A stretch of DNA of 44,756 nt from Capsulimonadales bacterium. Lineage in GTDB: Bacteria > Armatimonadota > Armatimonadia > Armatimonadales > Armatimonadaceae. The notes beneath the pieces were generated by a model. That model had not been told where the DNA came from and did not search any database. It saw only the letters and a list, made by a program, of their open reading frames with translations. Both the position numbers and the translations under genes were made by a program. Within the stretch, counting starts at the first letter, position 1. Each line of letters starts with the position of its first letter. Location: assembly GCA_033762295.1 (NCBI GenBank), contig JANRLW010000101.1, positions 1 through 44,756 of the forward strand. The letters run 5' to 3'. This document shows positions 17,138 to 24,890 of the stretch, in pieces.

Positions 17138-18817
17138 TTGTTTCGCCACCCAGTTCTTTCCCTGACGCGACGGTCGCTCATTCTCGCCCTTTGCGTTGTC
17201 GGCCCCCTGGTCCTTTCGCCGGGTTGTACGTCCTCCGGCGGCGAGGGCGCCGGTTCGCCCGGCGCACCCGGTTCGGGCGCGGCGACCGGCAGCGGGCGTC
17301 CGGGGGTTCTTCGCTATCCGCTCACGGCGGAGCCGACCACGCTGGACCCGGCTCTCGTCCGGGACGGTGCGACGATCGACATGCTGCAGAGCGTTTATGA
17401 GGGACTGGTCGGCTGGAACGAAAAGAACGAGGTCGCGCCCCTGATCGCCGCCGAACTGCCGGAGGTGTCCGCCGACGGCAAAACGTACACCTTCAAAATC
17501 CGCGAGGGCGCGAAGTTCCACAACGGACGGGCGATTACGGCGGAGGATATCAAGTACTCGATCACCCGCTCGCTCGACAAAAAGCTGAACTCCCCGGTCG
17601 CTCTCAGCTATCTGAGCGATATTCAGGGCGCGACCGAATGGAACGCCGGAAAAGCGACCGAACTGTCCGGGGTCCGGGTCGTCGATCCGAAGACCGTCCG
17701 CATCACGCTGGTCGCTCCGCGCGCCTACTTCCTCGGTAAACTCACCTACCTGACCGCCGCCGCCGTTCCGAAGGAGGAGGTCGAAAAAGGGGAAAAGACC
17801 GTTGGCGGCGCGTTCACGATCACCGAGAAAAACAGTGTCGGCAGCGGTCCCTTCCGACTGAAGGAGTACCGCCGACAGGACAAGATCGTTCTGGAGGCCA
17901 ACGCCGACTACTGGAACGGCGCGCCGAAGCTGACGTCGATCGAACGCCCGATCATCCTCGACGCCAAAACCGCACGGAATCTCTTCGATTCCGGCGAACT
18001 CGATTACGTCACGCTCGAAAAGGGCGACTACGAAACACTGAAGGACGATCCCTCCTACCAGGAGAAGATCAAGCGGTTCGACCGGGCATCCACCTTCTAC
18101 CTGGGTATGAACCTGCGAGCCTACGCTCCGTTCAAGGATAAGCGGGTCCGCCAGGCGTTCGCCCATGCCATCGATAAGGATGCCATTGTCAACAACGTTC
18201 TTCTCGGTGTCAACCAGAAGGCGGAGGGCGTTGTTCCCAAAGGCATCTTCTCCTTCGATCCGGAGTTCAAGGGCCTGCCGTACGACGCGGAAAAGGCGAA
18301 AAAGCTGCTGACCGACGCCGGCTTTCCGGGCGGAAAAGGCATGCCGCCCCTGCCTCTCTACTTCCGCGAGCAGCAGCCGGACCTGCGAAAGACCGCCGAA
18401 GTCATCAAGGAGCAGCTGGCCGCGATCGGCGTTCAGGTCAGCCTCAACGAAATGGAATGGGGAGCTTTCCTGAAAGCGAACGAGAACTTCAAAACGGAAG
18501 CCTTCCATATGCGCTGGGGCGCGGACTACCTGGACCCGCAAAACTTCCTCTCGCTCCTTCTCTCGACCACCGGCACCGAGAACTACACCGGCTACTCGAA
18601 CCCTGCCTACGACAAACTCTGCGCGCAGGCGGACAGCGAGAGCGATCCGGCGAAACGCACCGCCCTCTATCGTCAGGCGGAGAGGATTGTCGTGGATGAC
18701 GCCCCGTGGGTTCCTTTGTACTACCAGCGGGACCTCGAATTGATGCAGCCGTGGGTCACGGATATTCGGGACTCGCTTTTCGGGCATCTTCCGCACCTCA
18801 CCACCCAGGTTCGGTGA
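17138..18817 (+). CDS. Peptide ABC transporter substrate-binding lipoprotein (family 5, OppA/DppA-like)
   Basis: Signal peptide ending ...LSPGC, EPTTLDP, YEGLV, DGKTYTFKIR, GSGPF, DKRVRQAFAHAID, WGADY.DP. Extended -10 TGCTATAAT near 17079. Confidence 0.93.
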   Translation: MFRHPVLSLTRRSLILALCVVGPLVLSPGCTSSGGEGAGSPGAPGSGAATGSGRPGVLRYPLTAEPTTLDPALVRDGATIDMLQSVYEGLVGWNEKNEVAPLIAAELPEVSADGKTYTFKIREGAKFHNGRAITAEDIKYSITRSLDKKLNSPVALSYLSDIQGATEWNAGKATELSGVRVVDPKTVRITLVAPRAYFLGKLTYLTAAAVPKEEVEKGEKTVGGAFTITEKNSVGSGPFRLKEYRRQDKIVLEANADYWNGAPKLTSIERPIILDAKTARNLFDSGELDYVTLEKGDYETLKDDPSYQEKIKRFDRASTFYLGMNLRAYAPFKDKRVRQAFAHAIDKDAIVNNVLLGVNQKAEGVVPKGIFSFDPEFKGLPYDAEKAKKLLTDAGFPGGKGMPPLPLYFREQQPDLRKTAEVIKEQLAAIGVQVSLNEMEWGAFLKANENFKTEAFHMRWGADYLDPQNFLSLLLSTTGTENYTGYSNPAYDKLCAQADSESDPAKRTALYRQAERIVVDDAPWVPLYYQRDLELMQPWVTDIRDSLFGHLPHLTTQVR

Positions 18818-18836
18818 ACCCGTCCTCGTTCGGTAA

Positions 18837-18876
18837 CGACGGCGTCTCCTTTGTTTTAAGAAAGGAGACGCCGTCG
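18837..18876 (+). terminator. Strong hairpin after the substrate-binding gene
   Basis: Perfect 16-bp stem CGACGGCGTCTCCTTT / AAAGGAGACGCCGTCG with an 8-nt loop. Confidence 0.7.
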
Positions 18877-19148
18877 ATCGCTTAAGCTGCCTAACATAAT
18901 GTTCGCTCCCTTGGACGACCGCCTTCCGAGTCAGGTTCCGGCTTCACCCCGCCCTTACCCCCTAAAATACGTTAACATTTGCACACTTTTCCTGTACTTT
19001 TTCTGACACGCAAAATCGTTTTTTGCAGGATAGAATTGAGTCGTCACCCGGTTCGGAGAGTCGGGAGGCGAGAAAATACCGAACTCTGCTCCTTTACGGA
19101 CAGACAATGTTTTGTCGGATCGATCCGACAGGAAGGTGTGATGACACG

Positions 19149-19745
19149 ATGAACGGTTTTGCGAAACTCATGGGGATGGGACTGGTGCTGGGGCTGATGG
19201 TGGCGGGCACGCCGCAGATGGCGCACGCTCAAAACACGGTGTTTGCGATCGCGGGCGATACGACGCCGAATCCGAATGTCGGTTACACCGGCGGACCGGC
19301 CGGGGTCTTTACCCTGAACGTTCCGAAGGGTTTCATCATGAGCAAGCTGGGCCTTGGCGGCAGCACGAACTGCCGGATCGACTTCACCCCGCTGGCGGGC
19401 GTCGGAGCGGCTGGCTACCAGTTCAACCCGGTGACCGGCGTCTGGTCCCAGATCCTGAAGGGGGGTGCGTTCCGGATCGTCGATAACGTGACCGGCAAGC
19501 TTCTTCTGTCCGGACAGTTCGGCGAAGCGGTCCTGCATGGCACCAACGGTTCGTCTTCCCTGGCGCTGACCCTGCAGGGGAACACCGTCAACTACGGCGT
19601 CGCCGCCCTGTTCCCCACGATTCTGAAGCGCGAGCGTGGCTCCTTCGCCATCGAGTTCAACGCGATGGACCTCGTCAAGGCCACCCATGCCGGGGCGGGC
19701 GCGTTCCGCGCCAACGACGGTATGTCCTTCGCCGCCTGGAAGTAA
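19149..19745 (+). CDS. Secreted beta-rich hypothetical protein
   Basis: RBS GGAAGGTG upstream, Sec signal ending AHA-Q, strong GC3 codon bias, Gly/Thr/Asn-rich beta-strand pattern. Confidence 0.8.
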   Translation: MNGFAKLMGMGLVLGLMVAGTPQMAHAQNTVFAIAGDTTPNPNVGYTGGPAGVFTLNVPKGFIMSKLGLGGSTNCRIDFTPLAGVGAAGYQFNPVTGVWSQILKGGAFRIVDNVTGKLLLSGQFGEAVLHGTNGSSSLALTLQGNTVNYGVAALFPTILKRERGSFAIEFNAMDLVKATHAGAGAFRANDGMSFAAWK

Positions 19746-19811
19746 CCGGAAAAAAGTACGACGGTTAACGGAATAAGAGAAACGGGGAGCATCACAACGG
19801 AGATCCGCACG

Positions 19812-19848
19812 AAGGGAAGCGCAACGAAGCGTTTCCCTTTCTCCTTTT
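19812..19848 (+). terminator. Intrinsic terminator-like hairpin
   Basis: AAGGGAAGCGC / GCGTTTCCCTT stem with one G-U pair, followed by TCTCCTTTT. Confidence 0.55.
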
Positions 19849-19887
19849 ATCCGGTCCGCGCCGAACCTGCGGTACAATACGACCTGA

Positions 19888-20862
19888 ATGCTTCGTTTCA
19901 TTGTCCAGCGGCTTTTGCTGGCGATTCCCACCCTGCTGGCGATCTCCTTCCTGGTCTTCGGCGCGGCCAGTCTGGCTCCCGGCGACCCGGTGGACGTTCT
20001 GGCGGGCGAGAAGGCGTCGCAGGAGATCAAAGATCGGGTCCGGCGGGAATGGGGACTGGATCGCCCTTTTCTCGTTCGCTACGGCGAATACGTCACCGGC
20101 ATCGTCACCCGGGGCGATTTCGGCCGTTCCTACATTACGGGTGAACCGGTACTGGCACGGATCGCCCGGGGTTTTCCCAATACCGCCCTGCTGGCGACCC
20201 TGGCGCTGTTCCTGTCGCTCGCGATCGGCATACCGGTCGGGATCGCTTCCGCCGTCTACGCCAACCGTCCGTTCGATCGGATCGCCATGTCCGTCTCGCT
20301 GGTCGGCGTCGCCATACCGTCGTTCGTTCTGGCGCCGGTTCTCGTTCTGATGCTCGCCGTCCGCGCCCGACTGCTGCCGGTCGTCGGCTTCTCTCTGCCG
20401 ACGCGGATCGCCCCCCAGTACTTCGTACTTCCCGCGCTGGTTCTCGCCTTCCGATCGATGGCCCTGATCGCCCGCCTGACCCGGTCGGCGATGCTGGAAA
20501 CGCTCGGGCAGGACTACATCCGAACGGCCCGCGCCAAGGGTCTTTCCCCGGCGTCGGTCCTTTTCAAACACGCCCTGAAAAACGCGTTTCCCCCGATCCT
20601 GACCGTCGCCGGTATCACCTTCGGCTTTCTCCTGTCCGGTTCGTTCGTCGTGGAGACCTTCTTCACGATTCCGGGGATCGGCAACGACTCCATCCGTTCG
20701 ATCACCAACCGGGACTACCCGGTCATTCAGGGTATGGCCCTGCTGCTGGCGACGATCTTCGTTCTGGTGAATCTGATCGTCGACCTTCTCTACGGCTTCC
20801 TCGATCCGCGCGCCCGCGCTTTCGGGCTTCAGGTCGCGCGAAAGGAGGGCTTGAAGCCATGA
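19888..20862 (+). CDS. Peptide ABC transporter permease (OppB/DppB-like)
   Basis: APGDP, GLDRP, GDFGRSY, DYIRTARAKGL (EAA loop), HALKNA, VVETFF.IPGIG, RDYPVIQG, DPR. Confidence 0.95.
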   Translation: MLRFIVQRLLLAIPTLLAISFLVFGAASLAPGDPVDVLAGEKASQEIKDRVRREWGLDRPFLVRYGEYVTGIVTRGDFGRSYITGEPVLARIARGFPNTALLATLALFLSLAIGIPVGIASAVYANRPFDRIAMSVSLVGVAIPSFVLAPVLVLMLAVRARLLPVVGFSLPTRIAPQYFVLPALVLAFRSMALIARLTRSAMLETLGQDYIRTARAKGLSPASVLFKHALKNAFPPILTVAGITFGFLLSGSFVVETFFTIPGIGNDSIRSITNRDYPVIQGMALLLATIFVLVNLIVDLLYGFLDPRARAFGLQVARKEGLKP

Positions 20863-21773
20863 GCGTGGCCGTCGATCCCGCCGTCGATTCCGCGGTCGAT
20901 CCGTCGGAGATCGCTCCGGCCTCGCCACCGTTTTGGAGCCGACTGCGGCGCAATCCCCTTGCCTTCGGCAGTCTGATCCTTCTGATCGTGCTGGCGCTGA
21001 TCGCTCTGCTGGCTCCCTGGATCGCTCCCTACGACTTCGCCCGGCAGTCACTGTCGGAGCGTTTGCGGGACCCGAGCGTCGCACATCGACTGGGGACCGA
21101 TGAACTGGGCAGGGACACCTTTTCGCGGCTGCTCCATGGCGCGCGTATCTCTCTCGGCGTCGCCTTCGCCGTCGAAACCGTCGTGGTGACGATCGGGCTG
21201 CTGGTCGGCTTGACGGCGGGTTATCGTGGGGGGTGGGTGGATTCCCTGCTGATGCGGACGACCGATGTCATGCTGGCCTTCCCCGACATCCTGCTGCCGA
21301 TCCTCTTACTGGGAACCCTCGGAACGGCCGCGTCCAACCCGGCCGTCTCCATTTCGCTGGTGATTGTCGCCCTCGGCGTGACGGGATGGCCGCCGCTGGC
21401 CCGTCTGGTGCGCGGGCAGGTGCTGTCCCTTCGCAAGCGGGAGTTTGTGGAGGCGGCCCGCGCGATGGGCGCGACCGACGGACGCATCCTCCGGCGTCAC
21501 ATCCTGCCCAACCTTCTTTCTCCGATCCTCGTATCGGTCACGGTCGACCTGGCAGGCATCATCCTGGCGGAGGCCACCCTTTCCTTCCTCGGGATCGGCG
21601 TCCAGCGCCCGTTTCCGTCGTGGGGGCGGATGATCAACGACGCGCTGGACTACTATCGGTCCCATCCGCGCCTGCTGCTCTACCCGTCTCTGGTGTTATC
21701 GGCGACCGTGCTGGCGTTGAACTTCCTGGGTGACGGGTTGCGGGACGCGCTGGACCCGCGTCAGCGACGGTAA
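20859..21773 (+). CDS. Peptide ABC transporter permease (OppC/DppC-like)
   Basis: HRLGTDELGRD, GARISL, ARLVRGQVLS, EFVEAARAMGA, RHILPN, EATLSFLG, GDGLRDALDPR. ATGA overlap with the upstream permease. Confidence 0.95.
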   Translation: MSVAVDPAVDSAVDPSEIAPASPPFWSRLRRNPLAFGSLILLIVLALIALLAPWIAPYDFARQSLSERLRDPSVAHRLGTDELGRDTFSRLLHGARISLGVAFAVETVVVTIGLLVGLTAGYRGGWVDSLLMRTTDVMLAFPDILLPILLLGTLGTAASNPAVSISLVIVALGVTGWPPLARLVRGQVLSLRKREFVEAARAMGATDGRILRRHILPNLLSPILVSVTVDLAGIILAEATLSFLGIGVQRPFPSWGRMINDALDYYRSHPRLLLYPSLVLSATVLALNFLGDGLRDALDPRQRR

Positions 21774-21810
21774 CCGGTCCGAACCGATTCGAGGTAACCG
21801 GTCCGAACCG
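21769..21810 (+). repeat. Two perfect 18-bp direct repeats GGTAACCGGTCCGAACCG
   Basis: Copies at 21769-21786 (contains the permease TAA stop) and 21793-21810. Confidence 0.85.
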
Positions 21811-21824
21811 TCCCGTTTGACGGC

Positions 21825-22691
21825 CTACTCCACAATGCGGGCTTCGTAACCGTTCGCCTCGAGTTCGCGCAGGGTATTGCTGGCGTTCGCCCGGTTGTTG
21901 TATGCGCCGACCTGCACATGGAACGTCGCCTTGCTCCCGGACTCCTCGGTCACGATGCTGGTGGAGAATCCCCGACCCCGCAGTTCGCCCGCGATGTTAT
22001 CCGCCGCCTGCTTGGAGTTATAGGAGCCGACCTGCACTCGGAAACGCGGACCGTTCGGGCGCGTTTCCGCAACGGCGGCGGCTTTGGGTTCGGGGGTCGG
22101 TTTCGGAGTCGGGGTCGCCACGGGGGTCGGTTTCGGGGTCGCGGTCACGGTCTTCGGCGCGGGCGGCGCGGCCGGGATCGGTTTCAGCGGGACCGCCCGC
22201 GCTTCGGGCGCGGCGACCGTTCCGGAATCGGGCGGGATCGGGGTCGGCGTTCCGATCGGGGCGGCGGCTCCCGCCGGGGGGTCGGCGGGCAGTTCCTCCG
22301 TAACCCCTTCAGTGATCGGTTCGGCGGCCGGCGTCTCCGCCAGTTCCTCGGACGGAATGGGCGGCGGAGGCGACGCCATCAATTTCTGTTGCCGGAGCGC
22401 TTCGGCCAGTTTCCGGTTCTCCTCCTCGAGTTTCCGCACCTTCTCCTGGTTGGCGATAATCTCGGCCGTTTGATCTTCCAGAATGATGCCCGGCTTCCCC
22501 GTGGAACGCGGGCGGGCGGCGGGAGCAACGACTCTCGTCGGTAGGTTATTCCCCTGGGCGACCTGCACTCCGGCGGGTTCCGGTTGCGGGGAACGCGGGG
22601 TCGGTCCGAGAACGAAATACCCGAGGCAGAAGCAGGCGACGATCACGCCCAGCGCAGCCAGAGTCCATTTCAAAACGGGTGTATCTTCCAT
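21825..22691 (-). CDS. SPOR-domain membrane protein (peptidoglycan-binding, FtsN/DedD-like architecture)
   Basis: N-terminal TM helix, short coiled coil, long Pro/Ala/Thr linker, C-terminal SPOR repeats FRVQVGSY...GF and FHVQVGAY...GY. Confidence 0.88.
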   Translation of the reverse strand: MEDTPVLKWTLAALGVIVACFCLGYFVLGPTPRSPQPEPAGVQVAQGNNLPTRVVAPAARPRSTGKPGIILEDQTAEIIANQEKVRKLEEENRKLAEALRQQKLMASPPPPIPSEELAETPAAEPITEGVTEELPADPPAGAAAPIGTPTPIPPDSGTVAAPEARAVPLKPIPAAPPAPKTVTATPKPTPVATPTPKPTPEPKAAAVAETRPNGPRFRVQVGSYNSKQAADNIAGELRGRGFSTSIVTEESGSKATFHVQVGAYNNRANASNTLRELEANGYEARIVE

Positions 22692-22796
22692 GCCAGGCTC
22701 CTTGATGTCGGTACGACCGGCGCGACGCCTCTCCGAAGAGAAACAGGAAAAGGATTCGTGCGCTATTTTGCAGTTTACGGCGACACTTTTGCCTTG

Positions 22797-23732
22797 TCAA
22801 TCGCCCCGCAGGCGTGCAGCCATTCGAAGCGCGCCCCGAGTCGGCGGGGATTCCGGGGCGACCACGCTAACATTCGGCACCCATCTTCCGATCACATGAC
22901 GGAACGGCAACAGAATCCTGTCTCCGGCCGCCCAGAGTCCGCCTGCCGTCGCCACCCGCACGGTCGCCGTCGAACCGAAATCGAGTTGCCGGTACGCGGC
23001 GCGCGTCCAGGCGGCCAGCCATCCGCCTGCGCCGACGAAGAGATTTTCGGCATCGACGTCTCCCCGACGCGCGAGTTCGAGCAGAAAGGGTGTCAGGAAT
23101 CCCCGCCCGTCGGTCACGGCTCTTTGCCGGGCGCGTTCCGCCAGGGCGGCGGCATCGGTGGTCCCCAGGAACTCACAGACGGCCAGCGCCATCGGGGTCA
23201 TCGCTTCCACCCCGTCCAGGGCGCGTAAGGCCCGACGGACGGCATCCGCCGTCATATGCGCGCCGCTTCCCTCATCTCCGAACTCCCATCCACGCCCGCC
23301 GACCCGTACCTTTCCGCCGTGGGGATCCTCACCGTATACCACGGCTCCGGTCCCGGCGATCACGGTTATCCCCGTCCCCTCCGGCAGGGCCCCGTGAAAC
23401 GCGATCACATAATCCGGTACGACAGTCCGAACCGCCCTCGGAAACCGTTGTCTCAGGAACGTCTCCCAGCGATCGGCGATTTGCGGACGAGTAAACTTCG
23501 TGATTCCGGCGCAGACCGCCGCCACGGAGTCGGCGGTCAGGTCGCCTGCCACCGGATCTTTCAAGAGGGATTCCAGGGGTTCCGGACCGCCGTCCGGCGC
23601 GGCGGCGGTCTCCCGACCGTCCACCGTCCCCGGGTCACCCTCCGTCGATACCTCCAGCCGAACGGAGGTTCCGCCGGCGTCAATTCCCAGAAGAAGGCGG
23701 GGATTTTGAGAGAGCATACTGGCTTGCGTCAT
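22797..23732 (-). CDS. BadF/BadG/BcrA/BcrD ATPase family sugar kinase (N-acetylglucosamine/muramic acid kinase-like)
   Basis: LLGIDAGGTS, IAGTGA, RVGGRGWEFGDEGSG, AGGL, GAL.MA. Confidence 0.85.
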   Translation of the reverse strand: MTQASMLSQNPRLLLGIDAGGTSVRLEVSTEGDPGTVDGRETAAAPDGGPEPLESLLKDPVAGDLTADSVAAVCAGITKFTRPQIADRWETFLRQRFPRAVRTVVPDYVIAFHGALPEGTGITVIAGTGAVVYGEDPHGGKVRVGGRGWEFGDEGSGAHMTADAVRRALRALDGVEAMTPMALAVCEFLGTTDAAALAERARQRAVTDGRGFLTPFLLELARRGDVDAENLFVGAGGWLAAWTRAAYRQLDFGSTATVRVATAGGLWAAGDRILLPFRHVIGRWVPNVSVVAPESPPTRGALRMAARLRGD

Positions 23733-23794
23733 CGTAGGGTATGGGTTATAATACCGTTCGTCGCCGGAACCTACCCGTAAAATTCCGGCATTTT

Positions 23795-23868
23795 CGGGGC
23801 GTGGCTCAGCTTGGTAGAGCGCTGCGTTCGGGTCGCAGAGGTCGAAGGTTCAAATCCTTTCGCCCCGA
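23795..23868 (+). tRNA. tRNA-Pro(CGG)
   Basis: Acceptor CGGGGCG/CGCCCCG, anticodon arm CTGCG-TTCGGGT-CGCAG, T loop TTCAAAT. CCA not encoded. Confidence 0.97.
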
Positions 23869-23885
23869 TATTAATGGATGTGAGC

Positions 23886-23917
23886 AGGCGTCGGTTGTCG
23901 CGACCGACGCCTTGTTT
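23886..23917 (+). terminator. Intrinsic terminator after tRNA-Pro
   Basis: AGGCGTCGGT / ACCGACGCCT stem followed by TGTTT. Confidence 0.65.
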
Positions 23918-24012
23918 ATCCCATGTTGGCGTTGACAGGGCGAACATGGTACACTGCCGGGTTGCAGGGTGGTCCTTCGAGGTTCTTTAGGGACTTTAAG
24001 GACGCCGCGCTT

Positions 24013-24087
24013 CCCGTCGTAGCTCAGTCCGGATAGAGCGAGCCCGTCCTAAGGGCGAGGTCGGGGGTTCGAGTCCCTCCGACGGGG
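24013..24087 (+). tRNA. tRNA-Arg(CCT)
   Basis: Acceptor CCCGTCG/CGACGGG, D loop with A20, anticodon loop GT-CCT-AA, T loop TTCGAGT. Confidence 0.93.
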
Positions 24088-24098
24088 TTTCCCAATCG

Positions 24099-24182
24099 GG
24101 AGAGGTCGCATAGTGGTCTAGTGCGCTCGCCTCGAAAGCGAGTGAGTGATGAGCTCCGTGGGTTCGAATCCCACCCTCTCCG
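24099..24182 (+). tRNA. tRNA-Ser(CGA)
   Basis: Acceptor GGAGAGG/CCTCTCC, anticodon arm CTCGC-CTCGAAA-GCGAG, long variable arm, G73. Confidence 0.96.
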
Positions 24183-24194
24183 TTTTCCCGGTTT

Positions 24195-24230
24195 ACGACG
24201 AAGGCCCTGCTCCGACAGGGCCTTCGTCGT
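24195..24230. terminator. Hairpin between convergent tRNA-Ser and CDS
   Basis: Perfect 15-bp stem ACGACGAAGGCCCTG / CAGGGCCTTCGTCGT. Confidence 0.7.
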
Positions 24231-24243
24231 GCCGGAGGTTCCT

Positions 24244-24771
24244 CTAACTTCCGGCGAACCGAAGAATCTCTCGCGCCTCGGGAACCAGCGTCTCCGGAAC
24301 GTCGACCACCACCACGACTCCGCCGGCATGGATCGCGCTTTCATAAACGCGCGCCGTCTCCTCCGGAACGCCCGCGCCGACGAACGCGCCGATCAGGCCG
24401 CCGGTCAACCCCCCCGCCCCGGCTCCGGCCAGCGCCCCGGCCAGCGGGCCGGCGATGACGATTCCCGCGCCCGGTATGGTGATTGCCGTTACCGCCGCCA
24501 CAATCGCGCCGAAGATCGCCCCGATCGTTCCGCCCACTGCCGACCCGACACCTGCGCCCTCGGCCGCCTTGGTCTCGCCGGTGGCATCCGTCGTCACCAG
24601 TTTCTCCTCCTCCCGAAAGAACAGGGAGATATCGGTGCGCGGAATGCCCAGCGCCTCCAGTCGATCGACGGCGCGTTCCGCTTCGATTTGTGAGGTAAAG
24701 AGGCCGGACAATCGTTGCCGTCCCTGCGTGGGGACCAGATAGTTCGGCGTTGCCATCGTATCCGTAACCAT
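24244..24771 (-). CDS. General stress protein-like membrane protein with glycine zipper (YflT/17M-like)
   Basis: GLF....EAERAVDRLEALG...DIS, Gly-zipper GAGVGSAVGG...IPGAG...AGPL, GVPEETARVYE. RBS AAAGGAGA. Confidence 0.82.
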   Translation of the reverse strand: MVTDTMATPNYLVPTQGRQRLSGLFTSQIEAERAVDRLEALGIPRTDISLFFREEEKLVTTDATGETKAAEGAGVGSAVGGTIGAIFGAIVAAVTAITIPGAGIVIAGPLAGALAGAGAGGLTGGLIGAFVGAGVPEETARVYESAIHAGGVVVVVDVPETLVPEAREILRFAGS

Positions 24772-24890
24772 GCGTTCTCCTTTCCCGACACTCCCGGTCG
24801 GAGGACGCTCACTGACGGGAAGCGCCCTGCACACGACGGCAGGGCGCGAAAAAAGGTTCCGGACGACAGGCGATCGAGGAAGGAGATCGC

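Noticed and set aside
15442..17400. 652-aa plus-strand ORF, and similar long ORFs at 13239-14816, 17081-18796, 33314-34894 and 41835-43826
   Set aside because: Each lies antisense to a clearly identified gene (cysS, waaA, binding protein, gyrA, DUF1549 protein) and has no recognisable domain.
21769..21810. Possible CRISPR remnant
   Set aside because: Only two 18-bp copies with a 6-bp spacer, and no cas genes in the window.
22084..22150. GGGGTCGG repeats
   Set aside because: They encode the PTPKPTP linker of the SPOR protein.
23932..23955. TTGACA plus TACACT as a canonical promoter for tRNA-Arg/Ser
   Set aside because: The spacer is only 12 bp. The extended -10 TGGTACACT may act alone, but the pair cannot be supported.
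23795..24230. tRNA cluster as an integration site for a genomic island
   Set aside because: No integrase, and no duplicated tRNA 3' end noticed in the window.
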